Positions 22,117 through 35,598 of a stretch of DNA of 64,000 nucleotides are shown here, one piece after another. The DNA is from TPA_inf: Saccharomyces (taxonomy: Eukaryota), in contig BK006942.2 in the NCBI GenBank assembly GCA_000146045.2, forward strand, positions 160,001 through 224,000, given 5' to 3'. The notes beneath the pieces are model-generated. The model was not told the DNA's origin, searched no databases, and saw only the letters and a list, made by a program, of their open reading frames with translations. Within the stretch, counting starts at the first letter, position 1. Every line of letters begins with the position of its first letter. Made by a program: the position numbers and the translations under genes.

Positions 22117-23127
22117 TTAGTCTGAATCAGAATCTGTGTCTTTTTTGCTTTTACGGTTATGTTTTGAACTATTCGAGACATATTTACTAAAGATGTAGAA
22201 CCTAGCATCACGTTCTTTCGCAGGTTTTGTAGTATCTTGTTCGCTATTCGTTCTCCGGTGATGATATCCTGGAAAATTTTCCCATTGGAATTTGCTCGAT
22301 CTGCTCAGAGTTAGTCCATTTTTTTTGGCTAAAAGTTTGATTTGCCATGAATCATAGGGCTCTCCATCGAAAAGGGACAGTATGATGTTACCATAACCTT
22401 CGGCGGTCAATTTTTTAGCCTGGGGAGTATCCTCATTAAGATCATAGCCTTGCGTATAACGAAGAGTATCATTTTGAATTTTCGTGTTTATAAGATTAAA
22501 TAATTGTAAGGAATTTTGGAAAAAGTTAAAAATTAAGTCCTGATGCTCTCTAATATTTCTTTCTTGATCCTTAATACCTTTTCCATTATGGGGAAAATTG
22601 AAAACTATATTTTGTAAAGGTTTGTTACCCCAACGATGATCGCTAAGCCTGTTGATTATTTTAAACCAAGTATTATTTTTGGAAATTTTAAAGCTCTTTA
22701 CGAGCTTCGTAACGTCAATCTGGAAAAATATCGGAATATTTAGATCTTTTAAGTACTGGTAATTTTCCTCAAAAGTATGCGGATATTTCAATTTCAGCTC
22801 ATTCACAGAATTATCGTAACTTGTTATGATTAAATTGTCACTTTCAATATAGTTTTGTTCAACAATGGATCTGGCAAAAGAAAAATCTCCTTCACCACAT
22901 AGCATCAAAGTTTCATCCTTCTCAAAGGGCATAACCTTCCCTTGATTAAGTTTTTGGAATTCTTGGTTTCTCTTCACGGTTTTGTTATTAGCGCTCGAAT
23001 TTTTCTTTCTTAGTTCATGTTTTTGCTTACTTTCAATATTCCTCACTAATTTCACTTTGGCCTTGTGCCTTAATAATGCACCTTTTAGGCCTTTACTCCC
23101 AATCTTACCCTTCAATTTCCTGGCCAT
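22117..23127 (-). CDS. BMT5: 25S rRNA (uridine-N3) methyltransferase, 336 aa
   Basis: ORF with an ATG start and a Rossmann-like methyltransferase core. The position matches BMT5. Confidence 0.85.
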   Translation of the reverse strand: MARKLKGKIGSKGLKGALLRHKAKVKLVRNIESKQKHELRKKNSSANNKTVKRNQEFQKLNQGKVMPFEKDETLMLCGEGDFSFARSIVEQNYIESDNLIITSYDNSVNELKLKYPHTFEENYQYLKDLNIPIFFQIDVTKLVKSFKISKNNTWFKIINRLSDHRWGNKPLQNIVFNFPHNGKGIKDQERNIREHQDLIFNFFQNSLQLFNLINTKIQNDTLRYTQGYDLNEDTPQAKKLTAEGYGNIILSLFDGEPYDSWQIKLLAKKNGLTLSRSSKFQWENFPGYHHRRTNSEQDTTKPAKERDARFYIFSKYVSNSSKHNRKSKKDTDSDSD

Positions 23128-23430
23128 TGATAATTTTAGGTTATGATTGGTGTTAATCTATGATTTTAACGTTACTAAACGTTGTCAGGCTCCAATGAAT
23201 TTAAGTAATGGAAGGTTTTCTTTTAAGCTCATCGCATCGCCAATTCTTTTCTTTTTTTTTTTTTTTTTCCGAATAATTTACATTCTTTCTACAGGAGAAA
23301 AATATGGGAGCCAGCTTGAAATACTAAAATCATTAATAATACTGATGTACATGATCCAATAACAAGATCAACTACGACTTTTGTTATTACTGATTCAGAA
23401 GGAAAAAAAAATTGACTTCCAAGAAGTCAT

Positions 23431-23435
23431 AAAAA
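23431..23435 (-). terminator. Pol III terminator (T5 on the - strand) for tI(AAU)
   Basis: aaaaa on the + strand lies immediately 3' of the - strand tRNA. Confidence 0.6.
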
Positions 23436-23439
23436 TAAG

Positions 23440-23513
23440 TGGTCTCTAGCGGGATCGAACCGCTGATCCCCGCGTTATTAGCACGGTGCCTTAACCAACT
23501 GGGCCAAGAGACC
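23440..23513 (-). tRNA. tI(AAU): tRNA-Ile, anticodon AAU, 74 nt
   Basis: This is the reverse complement of GGTCTCTTGGCCCAGTTGGTTAAGGCACCGTGCTAATAACGCGGGGATCAGCGGTTCGATCCCGCTAGAGACCA. It is identical to the + strand copy at 50665-50738. Confidence 0.95.
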
Positions 23514-23936
23514 AGGAATTTGTTGAAGTATTTCATGTAAATTTAATATTAGTACTGATAGAGATTTCCGATATATATGATCGCTCTCAATTATTTTATA
23601 TCAAGTAAATGTCAATGTCGTTAGTTTGCACTAGCTGTTACTATTTATTCTTAGTAAAGGTTTTTAAAAAAAACTGTAATTATAACCAGGCAGGCGTATG
23701 CAGAGCGAAGGTCTTGGAAAAAGAAAAATATAGAACAGTACATTTAGGAAACGCTAAAAAAGTCACCAAGCAGGCAGGTCACAGGCTCCACTTGAACATA
23801 AGTTAGTTCGCTAATACAGGTTGAATTTCCATTGTGGGATAGTTTATTATCTTCAGCGAAAAAAATCTTTTTTGATTGAAGTGTTGATCAAGATTATTTG
23901 TAACCTCCTATCTTTAGTTGAACTGATCCAAAAACA

Positions 23937-26369
23937 ATGAATACTCCACAGATTAGTCTGTATGAACCCGGGACAATATTAACTGTGGGATCTCATCATG
24001 CTAAGATTATCAAATACCTTACGAGTGGTGGATTCGCACAAGTATATACTGCCGAAATTTCCCCTCCTGACCCATATAGCAATGCTAACATAGCATGCTT
24101 GAAAAGAGTCATTGTCCCCCATAAACAGGGTTTAAATACCTTGAGAGCTGAAGTGGATGCTATGAAACTCCTTAGAAATAATAAGCATGTTGTTTCTTAC
24201 ATAGATTCACATGCTGCAAGGTCTGTAAATGGTATAGCATATGAGGTGTTTGTGTTAATGGAATTTTGTGAACGTGGAGGTCTTATAGATTTTATGAACA
24301 CCAGATTACAAAATAGATTACAAGAATCTGAAATATTAGAAATTATGAGTCAAACCGTCCAAGGTATAACTGCAATGCACGCTCTGCAGCCGCCATTGAT
24401 TCATAGAGATATTAAGATTGAGAATGTACTTATTTCTCATGATGGCTTGTATAAAGTTTGTGATTTTGGTTCCGTTTCCGGTGTGATAAGGCCACCTAGA
24501 AATACTCAAGAGTTTAATTATGTTCAACACGACATCCTAACAAATACTACAGCTCAGTATAGATCACCTGAAATGATTGACCTGTACAGAGGGTTACCTA
24601 TCGACGAAAAATCTGATATTTGGGCTCTTGGTGTCTTTCTTTACAAAATATGTTACTATACTACGCCGTTTGAAAAAAGTGGTGAAGCCGGTATACTACA
24701 TGCAAGGTATCAATATCCATCCTTTCCGCAGTATAGTGACAGGTTGAAAAATTTGATACGTCTTATGTTAATGGAAGCACCATCTCAGAGGCCAAATATT
24801 TGTCAAGTTTTAGAGGAGGTTTCCAGGTTACAGAATAAGCCTTGCCCGATTAGAAATTTTTACTTGTTAAGAGCAATGAATCAGAATGCGAATACCCAAT
24901 TGGCCGGTGAACCGTCTTCGACAACTTATGTTCCAACACAGAAATTTATTCCCGTACAAAGCCTTCAGAGCATCAACCAGCCACCAAATATGATGCCTGT
25001 AACTCACGTCAGTACTACTCCTAATTTGGGTACTTTCCCTATATCTATTAATGATAATAACAAGACAGAAGTAACGGCGCATGCTGGCTTACAGGTTGGA
25101 AGCCATTCAAATTTGACTAGTCCCTTAATGAAAACAAAATCCGTTCCACTTTCTGATGAATTTGCATCACTATATTATAAAGAGCTACACCCTTTTCAAA
25201 AGTCTCAGACTTTCAAATCAGTAGAAAGTTTCCAATCCCCACAAAGGAAGTCTATGCCTCCATTATCGCTTACTCCTGTTAATAATGACATTTTTGATAG
25301 AGTTTCGGCAATAAATCGTCCAAATAACTACGTTGATTCTGAGACGCAAACTATAGATAACATGGCTGTGCCAAACTTAAAACTATCTCCCACCATTACA
25401 AGCAAATCACTAAGCTCCACAAAAGAAATTGCTGCTCCAGATAATATAAATGGAAGCAAGATTGTGCGTTCACTAAGCTCTAAGTTAAAAAAGGTTATTA
25501 CTGGTGAATCTCGCGGCAATTCTCCGATTAAATCAAGGCAAAATACTGGTGATAGTATCAGATCAGCATTTGGTAAGCTTCGTCATGGGTTTACAGGAAA
25601 CTCAGTGAACAATAGCAGGTCTGCTTCCTTTGATAATAACAATGTCAACGGCAATGGTAACAATACAAACAGGCGATTAGTTTCGTCTTCAACCTCCTCC
25701 TTTCCTAAATTTAATTCTGATACCAAAAGAAAAGAGGAATCAGACAAGAATCAGAGACTGGAAAAACGTCGCAGTATGCCTCCTTCAATTTTATCAGATT
25801 TTGACCAGCATGAGAGGAATAACTCGAGAACTGGATCAAGGGACTATTACAGGTCTCATTCTCCAGTGAAGAAAACTCAAGCATCAGCTAAAACGACATC
25901 AAAGCCTACTTTGATACCAGATAATGGCAACGTTAATATAAATCAAGAAAAGAAGGAATCAATTCAAAGAAGAGTGCATAACTTACTAAAGAGTTCTGAT
26001 GATCCGGTAACGTATAAATCCGCATCCGGGTATGGTAAATATACAGATATTGGTACAGAAACTTCCAATCGACATTCAAGTGTAAGAATAACACCAATCA
26101 CAGAAGAAAAGTTTAAGAAAACCCTTAAGGATGGTGTTTTGGACATCAAAACGAAAAGCAACGGTAAAGATAAATCAAGACCACCACGTCCACCACCAAA
26201 ACCACTACATTTAAGGACAGAAATTCAGAAGATAAGAAACTTTAGTCGTTTACAATCAAAGAAACTGCCGATTGAAAGAATTTCCAGCGAAGCCACAGAA
26301 ACTATTGTTGATGTTAACGTAGATGATTTAGAAGCCGATTTTAGAAAAAGGTTTCCCAGCAAAGTTTAA
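23937..26369 (+). CDS. PRK1: Ark-family Ser/Thr protein kinase regulating actin and endocytosis, 810 aa
   Basis: Kinase motifs HRDIKIENVL, DFGS and APE-like are present. There is a long Ser/Asn/Pro-rich C-terminus. Confidence 0.95.
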   Translation: MNTPQISLYEPGTILTVGSHHAKIIKYLTSGGFAQVYTAEISPPDPYSNANIACLKRVIVPHKQGLNTLRAEVDAMKLLRNNKHVVSYIDSHAARSVNGIAYEVFVLMEFCERGGLIDFMNTRLQNRLQESEILEIMSQTVQGITAMHALQPPLIHRDIKIENVLISHDGLYKVCDFGSVSGVIRPPRNTQEFNYVQHDILTNTTAQYRSPEMIDLYRGLPIDEKSDIWALGVFLYKICYYTTPFEKSGEAGILHARYQYPSFPQYSDRLKNLIRLMLMEAPSQRPNICQVLEEVSRLQNKPCPIRNFYLLRAMNQNANTQLAGEPSSTTYVPTQKFIPVQSLQSINQPPNMMPVTHVSTTPNLGTFPISINDNNKTEVTAHAGLQVGSHSNLTSPLMKTKSVPLSDEFASLYYKELHPFQKSQTFKSVESFQSPQRKSMPPLSLTPVNNDIFDRVSAINRPNNYVDSETQTIDNMAVPNLKLSPTITSKSLSSTKEIAAPDNINGSKIVRSLSSKLKKVITGESRGNSPIKSRQNTGDSIRSAFGKLRHGFTGNSVNNSRSASFDNNNVNGNGNNTNRRLVSSSTSSFPKFNSDTKRKEESDKNQRLEKRRSMPPSILSDFDQHERNNSRTGSRDYYRSHSPVKKTQASAKTTSKPTLIPDNGNVNINQEKKESIQRRVHNLLKSSDDPVTYKSASGYGKYTDIGTETSNRHSSVRITPITEEKFKKTLKDGVLDIKTKSNGKDKSRPPRPPPKPLHLRTEIQKIRNFSRLQSKKLPIERISSEATETIVDVNVDDLEADFRKRFPSKV

Positions 26370-26516
26370 AACTTGCTCTCACACATAATAGACTATGTAA
26401 TATTAAAAGTCATACAAAATGTACAAATTTTCTTTCGTCAATCATTTGAAATTTTTTGAAATATATCTTGTCACTCATTCATTTATTTATTCGTTTCTAT
26501 TTTCCTATTATATGCT

Positions 26517-27653
<1,137 letters not shown>

Positions 27654-27989
27654 TTAGTTATATAAATATGTCGCACTAATATAATAATCGCATAGATACA
27701 GTCTTAGCTAATTCTAAATCAGTTAAGATGTCCTTATATAACTGTAGAACCAGTTTAGTTTCTTGTTGTTCTTTCCTCTAATTAGAGTCATCTTAAGAAT
27801 ATTTTTCCACGGGAAAAAAGTGAAAAAAAAAAAAAAAAAAAAAAAAAAGAGTGGGAATTTTCAGTGCAGTTGAAAAAATCGAGGTGGAATTTGAGAACGA
27901 CAATTACTTAGCACTACATGTGTTGTTCTCGTTTGTTTTTAATTATATACAGGTTGGTTAGGTGACGTTGGAGAAAAGAGGCAGCCCAC

Positions 27990-28787
<798 letters not shown>

Positions 28788-29065
28788 TCAGAATTCTAAG
28801 ATCTTCTTCTTGAATGGTGCGCAATGTCCTTCTTCCTTTTCCAAGCTTCTAATGAGGTTATTTTCTTAGACTTTTGTGCAGTATCTAAATATTATTGGTT
28901 TTATTGCTTGTAACTTGCACTTTTCTGTAATTGCCGAAGTATCAAAGAAATTTCAACTCTCAAAGAAGATGCGCAAGAATGAAGACCAAATGAAAAATGT
29001 CATAAAAAAGCAGTATATTAGCTGTCTTGGGTTAGGGTCCTCGTTCAACAGATTCTTTTTGCTTA

Positions 29066-30967
29066 ATGGTGCAAATGAGATCCAAAAACATGGCATACGA
29101 GTCGGGAACTAATAACTATAGTGATACAATAGCTAATGGAAATACCCTGCCGCCGCGAAGCAAGAAGGGACACAGTGGACGTAGAAAGAGGAGCGAAACT
29201 TTGCCCATAGCGTGTAATAATTTTTGTGTTACAAGACAGATTGATGACGATGAACAAGCGTTCAAAATGCTAGATAAAGTGAGTCATCTGAAAAAATTCA
29301 GTGCTGAAGACGGTGATGATAACAATATATTCGTCCAATGGGCCGATGATATTACAGATATCTTATTTGGACTATGCTGTACAGGAACGTTTTTGAAACT
29401 TCTTATAAGCTCTGCATTATCCGGCCGGGCTAAGACATGGTTTGATTCTACAACGGAGGGAATCGATGACCATGTGATAAAGGCTTACAGTTTTGAAAAA
29501 TTTCTTGCTCTACTATCAGAAGAATTTGATGGAGCAAGATCTTTAAGAAGGGAAATTTTTACGGAACTATTGACGTTGTCCATTGATTCTGAGAAGTCAT
29601 TAGAAGCATTTGCCCATAAATCGGGACGTCTAACTCCATATTATCTGTCTTCTGGTGCTGCGTTGGATCTATTCCTCACAAAATTGGAGCCACAGTTGCA
29701 AAAGCAACTGGAAAATTGTGCATTCCCAATGACTTTGAATTTAGCACTATTGATAACTGCCTGTGAATTTGCGAAGAGAGCATCTAATCATAAAAAATAC
29801 CGGTATAAAAATACGAGGGATTCCGACATTTGTACTCCAAAGAGTAAGAATACTGCTATCGTTAGCAAATTATCGAATACTAAAACTATAAGTAAGAATA
29901 AGGTTATTGAAAAGAGTGATAAGAAAAATTACTTTGATAAGAACAGTCAACACATACCCGATCCTAAACGTCGGAAACAAAATGAACCTGGAATGCGGCT
30001 CTTTCTTGTCATGGATGAGGAAAAGAATATTCTTACATCTAGGAATGTTTCTGCCAATGCATACACATCAAAAAATGGACACACCAATTTAAGCGATCTC
30101 CATACGAATCTTAAAAACAGTAAATCTCAACAATGTGCAGTGGAGCCAATATCGATTTTGAATAGCGGCAGTTTGGTTACAGGCACAATTAATATTGACC
30201 TAATTAATGATGAAGTTTTAGGCACGAAGGAGGAAACTACAACTTATGATGAACGTATGGATGGAAACTCACGTTCTTTGAATGAGAGGTGCTGCGCCGT
30301 CAAGAAAAACTCACTACAACCTATAACATCAAATATATTTCAAAAAAACGCTGAAATTCAGGGCACAAAGATCGGGAGCGTTCTAGATAGTGGTATATCG
30401 AATAGCTTCTCCTCAACAGAGTATATGTTTCCGCCCACAAGCTCTGCGACAGTTAGTAATCCAGTAAAAAAAAATGAAATCAGCAAGAGTAGCCAGGTTA
30501 AAGATATTGCCCAGTTTAATCCGTTCATGACAAACGAAAAGGAGAAAAAGTTAAATCCATCAGAAAGCTTCAAAAGCCCTGGAGTGTCTATGGAAATAAA
30601 TAGGCTAAGCCGTATCGCGGGCCTCAGAAATATTCCAGGAAACATTTACGAAGACAGCAAAATGCTTAATTTGAAAACTCGAAAGTGCTACCCACTGCAT
30701 AACTTTGCTGTGCGCACGAGGAGTGCACATTTTAATGACCGTCCTTCTAATTATATATCACCGCATGAAACCATAAATGCGACTCTCCGATCACCTGCAA
30801 GCTTTGATAGTATTCAATGTATTACTAGGTCCAAGAGGGTAGACGCAGAGACCAATAAAGCAACTGGTTCAGCAAAAAGCGAAAATATAGAAACTAAGAG
30901 CAGAAAGTTCCCTGAAGTAATAAACCCTTTTCTTGTGAACACAACGAACAAGAAAGAAAGCGATTAA
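29066..30967 (+). CDS. YIL092W: Uncharacterised protein, 633 aa, Ser/Asn/Lys-rich and low complexity in its C-terminal half
   Basis: Long ORF with an ATG start. No recognisable catalytic motif. The position matches YIL092W. Confidence 0.8.
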   Translation: MVQMRSKNMAYESGTNNYSDTIANGNTLPPRSKKGHSGRRKRSETLPIACNNFCVTRQIDDDEQAFKMLDKVSHLKKFSAEDGDDNNIFVQWADDITDILFGLCCTGTFLKLLISSALSGRAKTWFDSTTEGIDDHVIKAYSFEKFLALLSEEFDGARSLRREIFTELLTLSIDSEKSLEAFAHKSGRLTPYYLSSGAALDLFLTKLEPQLQKQLENCAFPMTLNLALLITACEFAKRASNHKKYRYKNTRDSDICTPKSKNTAIVSKLSNTKTISKNKVIEKSDKKNYFDKNSQHIPDPKRRKQNEPGMRLFLVMDEEKNILTSRNVSANAYTSKNGHTNLSDLHTNLKNSKSQQCAVEPISILNSGSLVTGTINIDLINDEVLGTKEETTTYDERMDGNSRSLNERCCAVKKNSLQPITSNIFQKNAEIQGTKIGSVLDSGISNSFSSTEYMFPPTSSATVSNPVKKNEISKSSQVKDIAQFNPFMTNEKEKKLNPSESFKSPGVSMEINRLSRIAGLRNIPGNIYEDSKMLNLKTRKCYPLHNFAVRTRSAHFNDRPSNYISPHETINATLRSPASFDSIQCITRSKRVDAETNKATGSAKSENIETKSRKFPEVINPFLVNTTNKKESD

Positions 30968-31029
30968 AAGTATTTGTGAATGATAATATTCTTCATTGTG
31001 TACTCTATACATTGTGGCAGTGCTAATAT

Positions 31030-33195
31030 TTATTTAAATTCATAAATTTCCTTTTGTGCATGCGATAATACAGCTGCTCTTTTCGTCCCCACAATTCTTT
31101 CGAGTGAAAGACCATCAAGCTTGCTATAAATGCATCTAACAGTGGATATGTTTAAATCGGTATTACCTAGAAAGGCGTTCTTACCAATAAATCTGACAAC
31201 TTCATTGTAAAATTCAGGATTGTTTGGAGGCTTATAAAAAACGACGCTCTTGACACCCTTGATTTCATAACGTCTATAATGGTGCAGTCTTTCCGTATAC
31301 AACATAACTTTTAGACGCCCCTGTTGAAACAATGACCTATTTGCATTGAGCTGTCTTTGGCTAGAGTACTCATTTATATCCCCAAATAAAATCGTCGTCT
31401 TCTCTTTCATGTAGTTTCTAATACGAATGAAATCAGTGTAATCAGGAATGTAAATCAGTATTCCGTCTTCATACCCGGTGGATTTGACAATACCAGGAAT
31501 GATGACACTTGTAAAAAATTTAAATCTGTAGTCAGGCTCTTCAATAATCGAATTCCCAATAATGTCAAATCTTTGAAAGATTTGCCTGATTTTCAAACCG
31601 GATTGCCCAATACTGGAGTTTTCTGATCCTATTACCTTGTGATTCTTCCATCTTCCTGCCATGTTACGGCATCTACCATTGATTAATGAATTAGCCGCTG
31701 GCGAGATGTATTTTGTGAATACCATTGTCTGTCTGAAGAGCTTAGCTTGTTCATTAATGTACCACATCCGAATTCTGCTAAAGTCAGCTTCATGTTGTTG
31801 ATCCGGGATTTTGTTAAGATGGTCAAAGATGGTGAAAATATGAGATATGTTCTGGTATTCTATTGAATGTAATTGATCAATCACCATCAACTCTATTGAG
31901 GACAAAAAATCGTCCTGCCTCTTTTTTTTATCTGTATTTTCTAAGATCATTTGAATACCCAATGGCGAACATACAATAATGTCAGACTGGTAAAAATTGC
32001 TATAAAGTTTTATAGCCTTTCTTGTGAATTTGAGACCGACAACAAAAAAATCGTTGGTGTTCCCCCTAAATATGTGTTGGAAAGATTTTGGTTTGGACTT
32101 TGGAGGTAAGGAGTCGTCACGGAATTGGTCGTAGAACTTTCCCTTCTTGTCAACCTGATCTATACCAGATTTTGAAATTATCTTATCTACAACGCGGTAC
32201 GCCACCTCTCTAGTAGGGACTACAATTAACACTTTTGGTCTTGTAAAACCTTGATCTAGGTGTTCAGTGTCTGGGTTATCCTGTAATCTTTGATTATTTT
32301 TCAAGATTCTATCTCTTGTCTTGTAGATGTGATTCAAAACATGCAAAGCATATAAATCTCTGTACTCGTCTTCGTCCTTTTCGTAGGAGTCATACTCGTA
32401 TAATATGTCTTTATACTGAAACATGGGGTCTACTAATTTTTTTTGCAAAGCAGTCAATGGATCAGTTTTTTTATCCAATAGTCCATTTTGCACTTTTAGC
32501 CTTTGTTTCAAAAAGTATGAATATATAGATGATGACCTGTACGGACTTTCCACCAATGCTTCCTCACCAATTACTACCGGTTTAGCATATATATATGATT
32601 CACTGTCACTTAGTGAGCCCTTTACGGATTTGTATTTTACACTTTTGGTCTTGAAAGCATTCGACAACTTATCAACGAATTTCTCCGGAACTTGGTTGAA
32701 ATGAGACTCGAAAGGATCTTGCTCATCTTCACTGTCTATATCTTTTTCGTCTCCACTGCTGTCATCGTCGTTATCATCCTCGTGATTACCCAAAAGGCCA
32801 TTCTCTATCTCCAATTGATCATCCACTGGTCCATGTTCTGTATTTTCGTGCTCATCCTCCCCAACTTCGGCAGGAGCTTTGTTACTCTCGTCAGCCTCTC
32901 GCCTTCTTCTTTTTGGCTCTGGATGTTCAGATTTGAGAATCGTCAATAAAGCGTCATAAACTTTTTCCTTTTTACCCTCTTCATCCTCAATATCGAAATC
33001 ATCGCCACTGTCGACATCGGACACTTCATCCTCATCGGATCTATGGTCAATATCTTCTGCTACGTCCTCTAATGTTTCTGTGCTTCCGCCTTCAGTTCTG
33101 GCAGAAGATCTTTTAATCTTCCTCAGTTCTTGTCTTCCTCTTTTCCGATAGCCACGGAAATTATCATTCTTTTCCCTCACAGAACTGTCACTCAT
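31030..33195 (-). CDS. UTP25: SSU processome component (degenerate DEAD-box-like), 721 aa
   Basis: The frame is open to 33216 from a TTG. The first ATG at 33195 gives the known 721 aa. There is an acidic N-terminus and a helicase-like core. Confidence 0.9.
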   Translation of the reverse strand: MSDSSVREKNDNFRGYRKRGRQELRKIKRSSARTEGGSTETLEDVAEDIDHRSDEDEVSDVDSGDDFDIEDEEGKKEKVYDALLTILKSEHPEPKRRRREADESNKAPAEVGEDEHENTEHGPVDDQLEIENGLLGNHEDDNDDDSSGDEKDIDSEDEQDPFESHFNQVPEKFVDKLSNAFKTKSVKYKSVKGSLSDSESYIYAKPVVIGEEALVESPYRSSSIYSYFLKQRLKVQNGLLDKKTDPLTALQKKLVDPMFQYKDILYEYDSYEKDEDEYRDLYALHVLNHIYKTRDRILKNNQRLQDNPDTEHLDQGFTRPKVLIVVPTREVAYRVVDKIISKSGIDQVDKKGKFYDQFRDDSLPPKSKPKSFQHIFRGNTNDFFVVGLKFTRKAIKLYSNFYQSDIIVCSPLGIQMILENTDKKKRQDDFLSSIELMVIDQLHSIEYQNISHIFTIFDHLNKIPDQQHEADFSRIRMWYINEQAKLFRQTMVFTKYISPAANSLINGRCRNMAGRWKNHKVIGSENSSIGQSGLKIRQIFQRFDIIGNSIIEEPDYRFKFFTSVIIPGIVKSTGYEDGILIYIPDYTDFIRIRNYMKEKTTILFGDINEYSSQRQLNANRSLFQQGRLKVMLYTERLHHYRRYEIKGVKSVVFYKPPNNPEFYNEVVRFIGKNAFLGNTDLNISTVRCIYSKLDGLSLERIVGTKRAAVLSHAQKEIYEFK

Positions 33196-33594
33196 TACAA
33201 TTTGGTCACTTCGCAATTATACCACCGTCTCACTGAACCAATGCAGTTTATTCCCTGTATTATATTATTGCAAAATATGCGATGAGCTAAATTATAGTAG
33301 TATTGCGAAGGAAAAATTTTTCAGATCATGGTACACGAGGAATCGCATCAGCTTGAAGCGAAGCAAGGGACTGGAGCGGTTACTGGTTTCGGAGAGATGA
33401 TTGATGAGAAGATGAACATAGGTAAAGGATCGAGGTGTAGTGATACTGGAAGGGCTGTGCGTAAAGTGTTGGTGGATCTTATAGTATTCGTGAAGCTTCT
33501 TTTTCCGTTTTGCTCCCCTCAGCCCATCGCGTAATTGCTTAGATCTATTAGAGAGGTGCTGTTTGTGGCCGATCACGCTAAAGATTAGGCAACG

Positions 33595-35070
33595 ATGACC
33601 AGTTTGTCCAAAAGCTTCATGCAGAGTGGACGAATCTGCGCAGCATGTTTCTATCTGTTATTCACACTACTTTCAATTCCAATCTCGTTTAAAGTTGGTG
33701 GTTTGGAATGCGGGCTTTCCTTCACGGTGACACTGTTCACTTTATATTTCATAACTACGACTCTTAACGTGTTGGCAAGACGACATGGAGGAAGACTATA
33801 CATTTTTTTTACCAACTGTCTGTATTACTCACAACATTTTATCATTGCATCTTTGCTATACCTGTTTTTGTCTGGATTTTCTAATGATGAGTTGGGAAAC
33901 GTTCTGAAAAATAAATATAATGAGTCGGAGTCGTTCCTGGAAGCTTTGAAAAATAGCTTGAATTCCAATCAAATTAACTACGTCTTATATTATTACTACT
34001 ATCGATTTGTTGTACAACCGTGGCAATTCGTGCTTACCAAGTCCACACCTTTTTTTACTCTATCGGAAGGTTTTTTCACTATTTTAGCCATTCAGGCCGT
34101 CGGGGAAACTAATAGATGGTTATCAAATGACTTGAATTCAAACACGTGGATTATTTCCTCATTGTTAACCTCCGGAGGTGTGATTACCGCATCGCTGTAC
34201 TATTTGTATCGGATTTATGTCACCCCCATATGGCCGTTATCCATCCAAACGGCGTCCTTATTAGGACTTGTTTTGTCTATGGTATGTGGACTGGGGTTGT
34301 ATGGTATTGTGAGTCAAAAAGGATCCGTCATAGAGAGCTCTTTATTTTTTGCGTATATTGTTCGTTGTATTTATGAAATTTCCCCCAAATTAGCTACTAC
34401 CGCGACTGATGAAATTTTAAATTTGTTCAAAGACGTCTGGCAGAAACATCAAAGAAATCTGCCCACAGCTGACAATCTTTTGTGCTACTTTCATAATGTC
34501 ATATTGAAAAATGCAGAGGTGTTATGGGGGTCCTTTATTCCTAGAGGAAGAAAGAAAACCGGTGATTTTCATGATAAACTCATTAGCATTCTATCATTCG
34601 AAAAAGTATCCTTGATATCTAAACCATTTTGGAAATTTTTCAAGAATTTCACCTTTAGTGTTCCGCTATCCATTAATGAATTTTGTCAAGTTACAATTAA
34701 GATGGCAAGCGAATCAGTTTCCCCAGCTATAGTAATCAATTTATGCTTTAGAGTTCTGATGTTTTACTCGGCAACGAGGATTATTCCAGCATTACAAAGA
34801 AAAAATGACAAACAGTTGCGCAAGAGTCGCAGGATCATGAAGGGATTGTATTGGTACAGTCCTTGCATATTAATTGCTATGTATACTCACCTGATTTTAC
34901 AATATTCAGGTGAGCTAAAGAAAGACCTGTGCATATGGGGTTGCAGTGAAAAGTGGTTTGGCGTAGATCAACCAGAAATTATAGTAGATTCATGGGGATT
35001 TTGGAACTGGTGCAACATTTTCTGTACTATTTTGGTATACGCTACAGAATTAATAGGTTCTGGTAGTTGA
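33595..35070 (+). CDS. ICE2: ER multi-pass membrane protein, 491 aa
   Basis: ORF with an ATG start and many hydrophobic helices. The position matches ICE2. Confidence 0.9.
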   Translation: MTSLSKSFMQSGRICAACFYLLFTLLSIPISFKVGGLECGLSFTVTLFTLYFITTTLNVLARRHGGRLYIFFTNCLYYSQHFIIASLLYLFLSGFSNDELGNVLKNKYNESESFLEALKNSLNSNQINYVLYYYYYRFVVQPWQFVLTKSTPFFTLSEGFFTILAIQAVGETNRWLSNDLNSNTWIISSLLTSGGVITASLYYLYRIYVTPIWPLSIQTASLLGLVLSMVCGLGLYGIVSQKGSVIESSLFFAYIVRCIYEISPKLATTATDEILNLFKDVWQKHQRNLPTADNLLCYFHNVILKNAEVLWGSFIPRGRKKTGDFHDKLISILSFEKVSLISKPFWKFFKNFTFSVPLSINEFCQVTIKMASESVSPAIVINLCFRVLMFYSATRIIPALQRKNDKQLRKSRRIMKGLYWYSPCILIAMYTHLILQYSGELKKDLCIWGCSEKWFGVDQPEIIVDSWGFWNWCNIFCTILVYATELIGSGS

Positions 35071-35598
35071 AGCTGATGCATTGTCAAAAGAGCCGCATTA
35101 CCAGCTTTGCCAAATACGCGAAGACAAAAAGGAAGGTGAAATACCAACTGACTTATAACTAAGTGATAGATGATATCTGTTTTAAGTGCCATTCCTGAAC
35201 CATTTTTACATTTGGTTAGTTTCTTTTTTTGTTATTATTTGCATTAGTCCCTTGCACGTTCATAGTGAAAATCCCTTACGCTCACCACTATTTTCTAATA
35301 AATACAATGAACATTTTAACTCATACTCTAATATGTAGACACATAAATATATAAATATATAACATTTCCCTGAAATACTACTTTTATTACGTGGTAGATT
35401 TTAACCTGAAGCCGATGCAGATTATTCTAGATAATTTTATTTCGGTTTTTTTTTTTCTGTTTTGCTAATTTCCAAGAACCCTTTTTCTTCTCTTATCACA
35501 ACGATAAGAGGTACTTAAGATGATCTTCATCCTTGGATTATTATTCTTTCCCTCTTAGAAAAGTGAATAATGAGAAGAATCCATTCTTAAATTTGGGA

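Noticed and set aside
23514-23936. A possible sigma or other LTR next to the - strand tI(AAU), by analogy with the + strand copy
   Set aside because: I read the flank and found no LTR-like termini or sigma similarity.
31030-33216. 728-aa, 227-aa, 332-aa, 321-aa, 432-aa, 361-aa and 307-aa ORF starts as given in the track (UTP25, YIL089W, SDS3, YIL077C, DPH1, SEC28, GAG3)
   Set aside because: The track begins ORFs at TTG, GTG or other non-ATG codons rendered as M. I trimmed each to the first in-frame ATG, which reproduces the known protein lengths (721, 205, 327, 320, 425, 296 and 290 aa).
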